Below are positions 37,901 to 52,083 of a stretch of DNA of 64,000 bases, piece by piece. Below the pieces are notes generated by a model, which ran no database searches, was not told the DNA's origin, and worked only from the letters and a program-made list of their open reading frames with translations. The stretch comes from Gordius albopunctatus (lineage: Eukaryota). The first letter of the stretch is position 1. Each line of letters begins with the position of its first letter. Position numbers and translations under genes: made by a program. Location of the stretch: assembly GCA_964276515.1 (NCBI GenBank), contig OZ193909.1, positions 13,454,001 to 13,518,000 on the forward strand, in the 5' to 3' direction.

Positions 37901-38566
37901 TAAATTCATTCCAACTGGCACATCATACCAGTTTAGCCTGAAATGTCACAGTTTATAAAAGGTGGGACTTTTCGGAAGATTACTAGTTGAGTCGTATGTA
38001 AAATCAAGCTTATCACTGATATAATTTCATTTTGGGTTTGGAGATTTTACTTCTATTTGACTATTTTTAATTTGCAAAATATTCAATTTTTAAGTGTACA
38101 CCTTTAACTAATACCGATTAATTCTGTAAACACAAATTTTATTTTTCTTTGATATATACAACAACACACATATATTAGTGTGCAATGTATCTTAATAGCA
38201 TTTAAATTAAAGCTCTATTGGTCATGTGTTTAGAACAAACTATCCTTTTTACTGTCACAACACAAGCTTAATTATTGTGAAAACTTACGGAGTGTAATGA
38301 AAAGGCGAAAAATGAAAAAGAATAGAAAAAACTTCCATGGATATGAGTAACATCGTAAATAAATTATTTTAATTAAAAAAAGTTTGTTTTTGGTGTCCGC
38401 TAGATGGTGGAAATTTGACAAAAAAACATGGTTAAGATGTCACATCCACATGTAGATAAAAAATATAAAGCATTTGGCAAAATTTTTCTACAACTTCCAG
38501 CATACCCAAAGAAACACCTAATATTTATACATATTTGATATAGATAAATATAGGGGAGCACGTACC

Positions 38567-38748
38567 CATGTGCGTAGCCAGCTTTGGAATTAGAGGGGGG
38601 CAATACCGATTTAGGGATGTTTAGGGAGGAGCAAAATGAACATTTTTTGAAATTTTAGCCATAATTTTAATTAATTTCGACAATTTTTTGGATTTAGAGG
38701 GGGGCAACCGCCCCTCCCTGCCCCCCCCTCCTTTTGGCTACGCCCATG
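38567..38748. mobile_element. hAT-type MITE, CATGGGCGTAGCC family
   Basis: TIRs catgtgcgtagcc / ggctacgcccatg, perfect TSD cacgtacc. Confidence 0.9.
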
Positions 38749-40518
38749 CACGTACCGTTTTGTCAAAAAGTTATTAGCGATATTAAGTCATATCAAATTT
38801 ATAAAAATTGTTGGTGTAACTGAAAAAAATAACGATAGGCCTTCAAAATTAACAAGGTGGCCAGCCTTTAACGATATATCAAGGATATGAAATCAATATA
38901 TGTACGTAGGTGATTTAACCTTTATTTTTCTAACCTTTGCTTCTGCATTTTTTATTAAATAAATGTATTTTCTCTAAAAATTTTGAAATTCAATTCATAG
39001 TAATTTTTATTTCATACGTTTATATATTAATAATTATTTAAAAAACTTTTAGCATTTTTAATTGATTTTTTCTGTTTAATACTTGAATCTAATATTTTAT
39101 AAATCTTTTACATTTAGATTTAATCAAATGTATTTATAATAATATTGGTAACAATACCACGATGATCCCAAGACCGTATTCAAAAAGTGGGGGGTTGGCG
39201 TCATGTCGGAAACTTTATAAAAACCCTCTCCAAAATAATTATCATATAATACTTCACAACAAGCTGGGGCGTACTCCACAAAATCAGCACTGTATATCCG
39301 GTCCGTGCAATGGAAAGTACACTGGGATTACCGCCTGACTGACAACGAAGGCGGTTATGGAAATTAGTTGTGGATAGAATGCACGCTGACAGGAAAGAGC
39401 ATCGAAGTGCACGAATGGTAAAAAAAAGGTACACATCGCCTACCAACAAGAGACGAGGTGGAACGGAACCAAATCTCGGGAATTAAAAGAATAATACAGA
39501 ATATTCTACAGTGGGTCACAAAATCGTAGGAATGGGGTTGGTATCGTTCTAAGCGGATCGTTCAAGGACAAGCTGGTGGAAGTCAGGAGTTATTTAGACA
39601 GGTGAATGTGGGTGAAGATTGCAGATCAAGGGGGCTTCCTAATCATTATGTGCGCGTATGCTCCCCAAATTGGGTGTATGGAATCAGAGAATTCATTGAA
39701 AAAAGAAATACAAGGAACCGGGCAGGAAGAAGGGCTAATTATTGGGGCGGATTTCAACGCTCACGTAGGGAAAAATCGCTTCGGGTATGAACGCAATCAT
39801 GGAGGCTATGGGCATGGTCCGAAGAACAAAGAAGTAAGCATAGGACATGGCAATCGTTAACACATATTTTTAAAAACGCAAAAATTACATTATGACTCAT
39901 AGAATTGGAATGCATTTTAGTCCAATGGGCTATTTGCTCATAGAGCAAAAGGATTTATTGAGGGTCAAAGATCGCAAAATAATCCCGAGAGAAGAAATCG
40001 CCAGGAAATATCGTCCCTTTGTTATACTTGTTGAAAGAAAACTATTAATCGAATTCGACACGAAAGGCTAAAGTATACGTCGACGTACGAAGAATACCAT
40101 CAAAATGTCTCCTCACTCTTGGGTGCAAGGAAGTTGCAAAGGACGTAGACGAAGAATGGGAGACGCTAACTAAGGACATAAAGGAAACATGATTCGAATT
40201 CTAGGAAAGACCAAAGAAAGCAAAGCTATGAATAGGGAACTATGGTGGGGGATAAATCGGTTAGTGATTTCATTAGAAGAAAGAAAATTTTAAGCGGTGA
40301 TATAAATCAAAAAAGTCGGAGGAGTATCAAGAATATAGGTAGGCAAAGAGAGCCGCGAAGACGGCCGTGGCTTTACCAAAGAATACAGCGTAAGATAACA
40401 AACTGGATCATAAAGCGGGAGACAGGCTTATGTCCAAATCGTCCAAGATAAGGGAGAAGAAAGGTTGCAATGTCGGAGGTCAAACCTTTTAAAGCCAAAA
40501 GAGTTGATGGAAAGGTAG

Positions 40519-42440
40519 TAGAGGTGTGCACGGATCAAATTTTTTTGATCCGATCCGAGTTTTTTAAAATCTAAATCCGATCCGATCCGAAATTTTTTAA
40601 TTAAAATTTTACGAACAGAACTTTTTATTGATGATTAAATTCAAAATACATAAAAATAAGGTATAGCAATTTTAATATACTTGAAATATAAAATTTTATT
40701 TGACTAATTCCATGTTATCATATAAAAATAATAAAGAATCTAAATTTTCTGGTTTAATTCGCGTTCTTCTTTCTTCTAATGTTCTTCCAGCCACCGAGAA
40801 ATTTCTTTCCGAAGTGGTAGAGGTAGCAGGTATAGCTAAAACTTTATTTGCCAGCTTATAAAGCCTTGGCAGGACTGTTTGATATGAAACCCACCATTTC
40901 AGCAAATCTTTTTTTGAATCATATTTGCAATCTTCATTTTTTAACGAAAGGTAAATTGAGATTTCATCGGGGGCTTTATCTTCTTCCTGCTCATCTTCCC
41001 ATTGATTAACTATTTTAAAATATAAATTAAATAATTTATTTTATGTAAAAAATTTATATACATAATACATATTTAAATGTATGTTAATTACTTTTTTGTC
41101 TTTTTTTTGAGGCTGACTATCACTACTACTAGCCGCATAATTTTCAATCTCAGCTGCAGAATCTACCAAAAAATCCTTAGAAGCTAGTGTGGATCTTATT
41201 TCATTAATTACGCCTACTCGCTCATTTGGGGGGAGCATCCTGAGTTGGCGATAATTTGGGCATAAAAATGTGGCAATTTTATGTTGTTAAGTGATTAGAA
41301 ATTTTGACTTGAGGGTGGTACAAATATCTTTTTTAAGATCATTAATTTCGTGATGTTCTTCAAAATCATCAATTTGCTCGTGGTCTGATTGTGAAAGATC
41401 ACTGAGTAATTGGTAATATTGAATCAATATATTGTGAAAGGTTGGGTGTTGATCAGCTTCCAGAACTAAAGAAGCCGTTTTAAACGGCCGGAGTACTTCT
41501 ATTAGTTTGGTCAGCAAATTTTTATCAATCACATCTATCTTCTCTGGCATATCAATAGAAGTTAGATATGTGGTTAGTTCCTTATACTCCTTCAATATGC
41601 TCTTAAACATGTCGAGTCTGGAGTTCCATCTTGTTTCTATTGCTTGATCCGATGTATTATTTAAATATTTATTTTTGCCACTTTGCTTCTTCATATATGT
41701 CCTTAGCTTTTTGCATGCTTGTATCAAGTCATTAGTTTGAGGGTAATGGAATGTGAAATCATTTTTATTGAATACGTTTCGTAGTACTGTATTCAGCAGT
41801 AAATGGGACGTGCAATTCATTCGCTTATCATTTTGCAAGGCATTCACCATGTTAGAACCCTGATCGGTAACGTAAGTTATCAATCTCATGTATTCCGTAG
41901 GGATGTGAAGTTTTTCAAAATTTACAGATATTTCTCTTAAAATATTTTCCCCTGTTTTTTTTCAACGTCTATTTTTGAAGTGAAAAGAATATGCTTATGT
42001 AGGATTCCGAGGGATATATAATGTAAAGAAAATGTTAAGTAGTTTATTTTGACAAAGTCATCTGTCCAGAGGTCGAGAGTGGCTGAACATGATTTTGCTT
42101 TTAAATGGGGGAGTAACTTTAATATTAATGCTTCTCTACTTACATCTGCAAGTTTTGCTGTATTCCTACTTAAGGTAGTCCTATCTGAAAGTAATTCATC
42201 AACGTTTATATCACCATGAATGGCACCAATATTTAGATAGGGTAAGTAAGGGGTAAGGAGGTGGTATTGGGCATCAAAAATGGTAAAGTAAAAAAAGAAT
42301 GCAAAGATAATTACGAAAAGGTATACTAAAAATTATTAATTTAATTATTATTGTATCCGATCCGATCCGACTAAAATAAAATGTTGATCCGATCCGACCC
42401 GACTTACAAAATTAATCGGATTGATCCGTGCACACCTCTA
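40519..42440 (-). mobile_element. hAT (Hermes/hobo-like) transposon, internally deleted, both TIRs intact
   Basis: TIRs tagaggtgtgcacggatcaa both ends, perfect 8-bp TSD aaaggtag; near-identical to 4080-7410 arms; N-terminal coding part deleted. Confidence 0.97.
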
Positions 42441-43254
42441 AAAGGTAGAAGGGATTCAATGACCAATATTGACTTCCCGATATTGAGCCAAACATATGTA
42501 TGGTCGAACTCTTTTAGGAGGATAAGGATCAGAATACAAATGAACAAGATTCAAAAGGGAAAGCTAATTGCTTAGAATAACATTGCTCGGATGCCGTGAA
42601 GAAGGATTCATGATCATGACGAACCTCTTTAACAAGATATTGGTTGAAGAGCGAAATCCTAATCAATGGAGAGCAAGCACGATTTTACCCATATGCCAAA
42701 GGAGACCCTCAGGAGTGTGGCAATTAAGGATCTTAGTAACATGGCTGAAAATGAGGTGGAAATATCGGTTAATCATTTTTAATTTGTGACAGGCAAATCC
42801 ATAAGCCACACAATCTTCGCATTAAGACAAATGATGGATAAATATGGTGAAAAGGGAAAATATATATATGGTCTTTATCGACTTGGATAAAGCTTATGGC
42901 AAGGTCTCTTGCGATTTAGTATGGTGGTGCCTGAGAACACAAAAATTCCCTGACGCATATATACGGCTTGTGAAAAATATTTGCAGGCTCAAACACGTGG
43001 GTTAAGACGAGAGTTAGAATACATCAAAGATCAGCCATAAGTCTCTTTTATTTAAAATAATTATGGACACGATAACGAGAGACACTCAAAAGCCATAGCC
43101 ATGGTGTATTCTATATGCCGATAATATAGTATTATGTGAAGAGACAAAGGGGAGTGGTTAAAGTGCTTAGCTGGATATGGTATAAAGGTCAACGATTAAA
43201 AAACGGTATACATGGGAATCGTCACAGGCACCCCAGATGACGATCTAAAGTACC

Positions 43255-43418
43255 CATGGGCGTAGCCAGGGGGTGGCAGGGGGGGGGAGGGCGAAAAAAA
43301 AATTTCCAATGCAAAAACCCTTAAAAATTAAAAAATTTATGTTTTGCCCCCCCCTCCCTAATTTAACTTTTAAACGTTTCGCCCTCCCCCTCTGATTTAA
43401 AACCAGGCTACGCTCATG
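43255..43418. mobile_element. hAT-type MITE, CATGGGCGTAGCC family
   Basis: TIRs catgggcgtagcc / ggctacgctcatg, perfect TSD aaagtacc. Confidence 0.9.
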
Positions 43419-45422
43419 AAAGTACCAAAAAGTAGGAGATTTACATACCTTGGCTCAATCCTACATCAAGAGGGAGGCTGCGCAAAATAGGTCAATACAC
43501 TTACCCAAAAAGGATGGCTTATTAAATGGTGAAGTATATTTGGTGCAGAGTACAACGAGAAGATGTCAATATAGTTGAAGAGCAAAGCTTACAGATCTAT
43601 CGTATGACCGATACCAGTCCATGAAAGTCAAACATGGTAATTCAAAGCAACGAAAGAAAAGTTATTACAAGCCACAGAGATGAGAATGATACGGTGAAAT
43701 ATAGGTCTTAGCCATATGATAAATGACAGTTTGAAGGCGTACATGGTATTCAACCTGGTGGACTGGATCAACGAAATCAGTAAAGGTAATTTGGTTATAT
43801 ACAACAAAAGGAGACCAATTATCTAAATAGAAAAGTATTGCCATGGATGTGCCACTGAAGAGAGGAATAGGAAGACCTCGTGTTACGTGGAAAAGGCAAG
43901 TAGACAAAGTTATATATCATTTATTATTTTTGTAAAGAGAATTACATATTTTGTGAAGGTGAGATGTACTAAGAAGATAAAGTAGAACATTGCGCTTACC
44001 CGATCAAGCTGTAAGAAAATTATCGTAACAAACCCTACGACTGTGGAACCTAATACATGATAAAGAAGACGATTTCTATTAATTTTTATTACTTTTAAAT
44101 TTCACTTCCTTTTAAGCTCGCATTTTAACTTTTTATATTTTTGTTTTAGATTACTTACAAGGCAAAATTTCAAAAAAATTTTTATGTTTGCCACTTTTTT
44201 AATATGTTTATTGTTATTTTATTTTTGAATTTTTTTAAAAACATTTTATAAACTTTTTTACACTTGTTTTATTTTATTTTTACTGCTATCTAACACACAT
44301 TCAAGCTTTCCATTACCATTTTATTTACTTTTTAATAGTTCACTTTATATTAAAATTTAGAGAGGTTGAGTTAAGTGTCTTAGAACCAGAAATAACTATT
44401 TATTTACCGAATCGTCGGGTGCTATCATAATATGGTCATGTGGGTTGATATAGAATTTCTTAGAAAAGTTTTCATTGGTTAAGAATTTTTTGAGTGTCAA
44501 AACTTGCTAAAATTAATTATCTAAAATATTTTCCCACCCATAGTCAAACAATATTTATATTAATATCAATATCAAATGTGTAATATCCCCCAAATTACTC
44601 ACTCAGATAAATTTAGTTGGAATTAGAGATCGTCTTATTAAATATTGAATAGGCCATTATGTAAGAGAGGGAGCGGGTATTTATAAAAGTTAAAATTTAA
44701 GGTTAAAATACAAAATGAATGTTTTTAAATAATAATAAAAAACTTATTTTAAGTTATTAAATTAGGGATATGAACTTGATCTTGTTACTTCAAAGTCTTT
44801 AGCTGTACAGGCTCCTTTTGTGCGGTTGCAAACTAAATTAAAATAAATCCTTTGGAAAAAGAACCGTAAAGCTATATAAATTAGTTTGCAAAACTTTATA
44901 TGCCTCAAATTTTCGCTTCTTAGATTTAAAATTAAGGGGCGCCAATGTTAACAACAATGAAATTTTAATTTAACAGTATATGTAATTTTAAGTTTTTAAT
45001 GAAGTTTTATATTGTAACCCGCTACTTTTGTTTCGCACTATATTCCATGGTAGAATTAACAGCTGATATATATATATAGAGCCATTTAAATTATAGAACT
45101 TAAGCCTTTAATCAGTTAATTATTTTAAGGATTTAACAGAAACTCAAATACATTTTACATTATCATTTATATAGAAATAGATTAGAATTTAATTAGGGTA
45201 TCTTTCAAAATTAATCCCTATTTAAAGTAAGAATTTACTTTATTTCATAATAAAACTATATGGCATACACAAGGGGATGACTTTTAAATGTCTCTCGTTT
45301 TTTGTCCTTAGTTATATTGGAAAAAGAAGCTTGGAGCTAACATTTTTGATTTACTTTTTAAACCGAAAAAATTTAGATTTCTTAATTGTAACGCAAAAAT
45401 TAAGCTCCAAAAATAATTTTCA

Positions 45423-48400
45423 TAGGTGTTTATATGCACTGCACAGGGATATGTCTTCTCAACCATCCCATATCAAATCGCGAGGAGTTATTCCCTGGAC
45501 GATAAAAAGCATTTGTAAATTTGATCTCTTTTTCCCATATTTATCCATAGTTTGTCTTGGTGCCAAGGATCGATTGTAAAGTAGCTGATTTATCAACCTC
45601 GTTATTTAGCATTGTTACTAATATTTATCCATAGGTGTCAATGAATAACATGTTAGTCGATATCTTTGTAATTGCCACACATCTAAGGCCGCCCCCATTG
45701 CTTTTTAATAGGAGTAAAATCGTGATGCTCCTCATTGATTTCGAGTTCTCTCTTTTGCCATAATCTGAAAAGTGATTAGCCATGGTAGTGACTTTTTCCT
45801 CCCCTATCGTACTCAATCGTCCATAAATCCATCTGGGCCATTAGCTTTTCCTTTTTTGATTTTTTCATTTGCATTTTTACTTCATCTTCCCGAAAGAGTT
45901 TCTTTATAGCGTGAAGGGGGTCTTTGCACAATATAGGTAAGTGAATTGAGAAATCTAGATTTGACGCCGACATCGCGACTTTTAATTTAACTTATTTGGC
46001 CACTTTGTACATAAGTCTATTGTCCCCTGTATGGTCCAGTTTGTTTGCGATCTCGGTGTATGCAGCAATCTTCGCAACGGCCATCTTCGCGGCCGTCTTT
46101 GTCTTTTTATAATCCTGATAATTCTTCAACTTAGATTCATGACCGTCTATATACAATTTTCTTAACCATTGATTTCACCACTATTGTTTCCTATTCAAAG
46201 ATTTGTCTCTTTTGGTCTATCCTCATTTATATCCCCATAGCGTCTCCCGATCGTCGCTTATATCCATTTAAACTTTGTGGTTTTCAAAAGTGTGCAGGCT
46301 TTCGAAGGGTATTTATTGCTTGTTGACGTAATTTTAGCATTTCTTGTCTAATTAGGGGTTAAACCTTTTTATTCGGGAAAAACTCTTAAGTTATCTATAA
46401 CAAGTGAAGGATTTTGCCTGTCAATTTCCTCTCCCTGTAATATTTAGCAATGCTTAATCCAATACAAATACACAACACAGCACACACGCCAGCGCCACAC
46501 AATATCCCCCCTCTAATTATGTATCTGTCTCAGCAAAAGGGTGAATATCGAAATTTTATTAATTTCTAGGTGGCGGTATAGTCTTAAATACTAAATGTAT
46601 TTTAATTTAGCTTACAATAAAAATTTTTAACGAATTTTAACTTTAACTATATCATTATTAGATTTTTAACTTATTAATAATATAATAATTTGTTAATATC
46701 ATTTAATATTACAAAAAAAGAGAGAATCTTACGGACTATAGTTTACTTGAAATCCTTGGCTATATATCACAATATTAACCTTAGCTCACCTAACCTAAAG
46801 GTTTAGCATAGCGCTAATTATCCATCTAATAGTGCGTAGGCTAATTTGCGTTATAGGCTTCAGAGACCAAATTAACCGGCCCGTGGGCCGGGCAACTGCC
46901 CTAAATTTTTATTTTCGGATGGTCCCGGTTGGGCGGCACGAAGATAGGATTCGGGCAATTAGGGCTTAATAAGATTTTTTAAATAGTGTATTATTTTGTT
47001 ACTTTTTATTTTATTGCATATTAAAAAAATGCTAAAAAGTTCAGAAACTTGATTTCGCCATCACAAAGTTTCTCCAATTAACCTTTATCATTCCCTTATC
47101 ATGCGTCGCTTTCGCTAAGTTACTACTTATTTTCATGATAAAAAATTTCTATACCTTGCTTTTTTTGCTTTAAGTTAAAAGAATTATTCATAAATTGCAT
47201 TTAAATTCTATTGATAAATTATTGTCTTTTTATCAAAAAAGTAAGTTTTAACAGAGCACAGATTGACTAATTGAACTAATTTTATTCATTAAGAAGTTTA
47301 TTTATGGGCAGGGCAAACGGGTTAACTCAAAAGGGGAGTATAATTTTGTTTATTGTAATATTATTTATTAAATATGTAAACTTTAAACTTAATTAAAAAA
47401 TTGCTACATAAATATTTTCATGGACATGTTTTATTAAATATGCCATTAATTTAATGCTTATTTTTTAATTGTGGTTGAAAGAATTTGAGATCGCAAAATT
47501 CAGGCAAATTTAATATTTCGGGCCGGGCAGCTTTAATGTTTCGGGCGGGCCCGGGCGGGCACCTAGAAGGTTCGGGCGGGCAATAAAGTTAAAAAATTGA
47601 ACCAGGCCGGGTTCGGGCATAAAATTCTTAACAAATCTGACCTCTGACGTGCATCATTCTTCATTGCAGCATTTGTGAGACCTCGATGATCTTTCCGATA
47701 ATAATGCCCACATTCCATCTTATTCACAACTTTATTACTTTCAGCATCCTTGTGAGTCAGGTGGTAACCCTAGTGTTTTCTTCGCATTGCATGGACGGAA
47801 GAGGCAATGCGCGTTTTTTAGGCATCCGTCCGACACAAAGATAACCCAATCAAAATCTTTCTAAGATAGCCCAATCAAGATGAAAGGTAAAATTTTAAAA
47901 TAACTGAATTACAAACAAGACATAAAAACTAAATTATATATTTACAATAAATAATAATTATTCAAAGTTTTTTGAATAACAATTAATAATAAGTAATTTT
48001 TTAAGTTTAAACATTATAATATTACTAATTATATATATATTAGCATCTAAGTTTAAATTCAAATGTAAACTTTATTATTAATTTAATTGATGAACTAAAA
48101 TAAAAATATAATTGAATGTTATATAATTGTATGAGAATCACTTCCGCATTATATATATACCATTTTTATACAATATTTTTGCATATATTCTATACCATTT
48201 CCAAACAGAAGAAAATAGTCTTAATTCATAATAACTTAATACTTTTTTTAAGTTTGGACATTATAATATTACTAATTGTGTATATTAGAATCTAAACTTT
48301 ATTATTTATTGATGAATTGAAATAAAGTTGTAATTGTATGTTATATAATTGAATGTTAATCACTTCCACATTATCTTTTTTTAAGTTTAAACATTATGAC

Positions 48401-49620
48401 TTGCAATACTTCAAACAATCTAAATAACAAATGTCTTAAGGTATGTTATTAATTTTCAATCTTCTTAATATATTTAGGATCATCATGAAATACTTCAAAT
48501 AACAATTTAATTAAAGTTATATACAAATTAGGTTCTCTTGAAGATGCACATTTATTTCTAGAAGCCCTTCGAGGATTTCAAGACAATCATTAAAGTAAAT
48601 CCCTTTAGATATTAGTTTAAATATAATTTTTATTCAATGATCTTGAATTTTTGAAAGCAAAGACCAAAACCAAATTCAATTTGCTTCACATCTCTCAGAG
48701 GAAAAGAGTTTATTCAATAAATAAATAAAACTCACTTATAAATGATAATATTAATAGGCTTATATGGCTTTATACTGATATTTATAATCCTTTACCTTTG
48801 TTTTTATATTAATGCCTCATCCTGCATGTGTTCTCAAAAACCTGACTCCTTTTTATATGATGTATCTGATTTACAATGAAATGTTAATATAATTTTGATT
48901 GCTTTGAAATCAAAAATATTATTCTTTGTATGTATGACAGTCGTTAGTAAGTTTATTTTAACATAGGTGTATTCAGGGATTTATAAGCCTTTAAAATTAA
49001 ATATCAATCACTATAACACTTATCTTATTTTAACATAGTGATTATAACACTTACAAAAATCATTTAATACTACAACTATTATCCTAATTAAACCCTGTTA
49101 AGTATATTCATTACAACACCACTAATAATCATATGTTTATAAATTTCTGTTAATATCTTTAGCAATTAACTCTAATGTATACTCATTAAAACATAAAACT
49201 ACTATATCCATCTCTTTAATAATATTGCTATCTTTATAAATTAATTCTTATTAGATATAATTATAACAACATTTACAAAAAGTTAGAATTATATGATTAG
49301 TAATATTTATAAATGATAACAATAAAATCTTATCTACATGCTATCATTAAAATACTTACAAAAATATTATATACAACTGCGTAATAATTACAACATATTT
49401 ATCTTAAACAATTAAATCTTATTTTAATATCATATAAATTATAATCATATGTTTACAAAATCTATGCTTCATTCGTGAAATTGTCGGACGCCTATACCCG
49501 CACAGCAATGCGCGTTGTTTGTGGAGGACGCCCTTGCTTTTTTTAGTCGAATATTAATTAAAACTATCATCATTTTGGAGTGAGTTTTAAGCTGATTTCC
49601 CAACGTAAGGTGGAAACATA
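45423..49620 (-). mobile_element. Highly degenerate, fragmented RTE LINE (pieces ~45423-46470, 47647-47815, 49500-49620)
   Basis: Recognisable similarity to 52084-55171 (REDEVKMQM, IANKLDH, gtggaggacgccc); separated by later insertions. Confidence 0.75.
46861..47646. mobile_element. Probable non-autonomous hAT element (CAGAG ends, GCCCG repeats); related remnant at ~8250-8600
   Basis: Imperfect TIR cagagaccaaatt / aatctgacctctg, cgggc clusters at both ends; no clear TSD. Confidence 0.55.
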
Positions 49621-49803
49621 AAATTCACCAAGTTTTAGATAATTGGCTTAAAGAGAATGTTATAGAACCATTCAGAATGAGCCACTTTCTTATTTCGATC
49701 AAAAAGAGTGATAGAACTATTCGAGTGTGTGTGTGGTGAGAATCGCGTTACGTTTAATAAAAGGGTGATTGAGGTTAAATATCTTTGCCTGCATGGGTGT
49801 AGC

Positions 49804-50005
49804 TGGAGTTGTTAAATTGCTAACTTTCTTCAACTCCAGCTACCATCTGCTCGAGTTTCTGCTCGGCCCTCGAGCATTTTTTATGCTACTGTTCTGCCTA
49901 GAACACCGAACAGCGAGCACATATTGTGCTAACGCGCATATTAAGCAACTCAGTATGCGTGCTCGCGTCTGGAGTTTGAAGAAAGTTAGCAATTTAACAA
50001 CTCTA
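49804..50005. mobile_element. hAT-type MITE (same as 17240-17442) inserted in a CATGGGCGTAGCC-family MITE
   Basis: Near-identical sequence and TIRs. Confidence 0.88.
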
Positions 50006-50757
50006 AGCCAAGAGGGGCGGCTGTCACCCGCTAAATTCAAAAATTTGTTGAAATTTATTAAGATTATGGCTAAAATTTCAAAATATTAACATTTTGCCCG
50101 TCCCTAAATCATTATTGCCCCCTTCTTTAATTCCAATGCTTTGAGATGTTAGCTAATTTAAGAGTCGTAAATAATTCAAAGTAAATTTGACTAACGCCTA
50201 TTTAGTATTTAGAACTTTGCTTAGATTATACACTGCGAGACTTTAACTTAGAAACTTCTCAAGTCCCAATTTTTAGGTTATAAAAGGAAACGAGACCAAG
50301 CTAAAATGGTTATAATATAAGTTATCATGTGGATTAGGTCACCTAATTTATGCAAAACATTTGATAAAAATCGGTTTCCTGAAATTATCGTTTATGATAA
50401 AGAGGTTTAAAGTGTATTCGCACTTGGCCCACCGAACATTTTAACAAGGCCTTTACGGTAACAATAAACTTTTTAAACAAATTATTAAATTAGTGGTTAT
50501 TAAATACATCAAAGGGGCTATTTGTAATACATTTTTAACCGTATAATTCACAACTATAACAAAGAAGTTAATTTATGAGCGCTAATTTCCAATTCACTTG
50601 TGCATTTGCAAATTTATAATGAAAATACATTAAAAGGATTAATGTTTATATATACCTGGGTAGATCAGGAAGGCGAAGGACGACACATCACAGGCTGGAC
50701 TTTAACATAAAAAGGTATTTTTAAATGTTATTACAATTTGATATATATATATAAAAA

Positions 50758-51901
50758 ACTCGGGCCTTCGGCCCTCGTGGGAAGGGGGAAGGGGAGGAGG
50801 GGAGGGAAGGGGGAACTCATCTACACTCCGTATAAATGTATCATATTTGCTATGCAATTTATGGGCGAGAAAGGTGGGAAGGGGTGAGAATGCCTATAGG
50901 CGGGGGGGGGGGTATTAAATGTAAAATAATTAGTTAATTATTAATACAAATTTTCGATTTAATTAAAAAAAATTGCCTTCTCCGGGATTCGAACTCACAA
51001 TAGTAGAGCCAGCCTTATGGTTATTTTATTCCATTGGTCAGTAGCCAGCGGACGGCCAAAAAGTCATAATAGCAATGGTAGGAACAGGAACAATCATAAT
51101 AGTCAAAAAAAACGGAAAAAATAATTTCGATTTACATTTTGGCCAATGGTCATTTTTTTCCATTGGTCAGCAGCCAGGACACGGTAAAAGTGGATATAAA
51201 TTCATAACAGTCAAAAAAAACGAAAAAAAAATTTTCGAATAACATTTTGGCCAATGGTCATTTTATTCCATTGGTCAGCAGCCAGCGGACGGCCAAAAAG
51301 TCATAATAGCAATGGTAGGAACAGGAACAATCATAATAGTCAAAAAAACGAAAAAAATATTTTCGATTCACATTTTGGCCAATGGTCATTTTTTCAATCG
51401 GTCAGGAGCCAGCGGACGGCCAAAAAGTCATAATAGCAATGGTATGAACAGGAACAATCATAATAGTAAAAAAAAACGAAAAAATAAACTCGGATACACA
51501 TTTTGGCCAATGGTCATTTTTTCATTGGTCAGCAGCCAGCGGACGGCCAAAAAGTCTTATTATCAATGATAGTAACAAGAACAATCATAAGAGTCAAAAA
51601 AAACTCCGGGATTCTAACCCAAAAACTAGATAAATTGCATAGCAATTATTAAAAAGTATAGGGTAATTATCAATGTTAACCTATTCAAAAACGAACAAAA
51701 AATTTCGATTTATTTGGCCAATGGTAATTTTTTTCAATGGTCAGTAGCCTGCAGACGGTCAAAAAGTCATATTATCAATGGTGTTAAAACAATATATTAA
51801 TTTAATTTAAAAAAAGCTGGCGCCAATAACTTGGTGGATGGACGACGGACGGACGGACGACGGACAACCAAAAACGAGCCCATAAATTGCATGGCAATTA
51901 A
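50758..51901 (-). mobile_element. Helentron/DINE-like non-autonomous element
   Basis: 5' subTIR plus (GTCC)n microsatellite at 51835-51901, tandem core repeats, inverted subTIR at ~50848, terminal gggcc-ttc-ggccc hairpin, T-run flank. Confidence 0.8.
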
Positions 51902-52083
51902 TATTAGAAATTAACGCATAAATTTTATTTAAATTATACATTATTGCATATTTTGAAAATAATATGTAAAATTTGTAACTGCCATGTTTTTTCAACTACC
52001 ATTTTATTATTCGAAATCTTCAACATAGATTCTGCAAATCTGGTTTAAATTTATATGAATTTTTAACTTGCCTCTTGCTAAAC

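Larger units (their letters stand above)
39170..44069 (+). mobile_element. Degenerate near-full-length RTE LINE, interrupted by hAT and MITE
   Basis: 5' UTR, APE (GADFNAHVG), RT (FIDLDKAY, LYADNIVL) and 3' end tgataaagaag collinear with 52084-55171. Confidence 0.92.
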
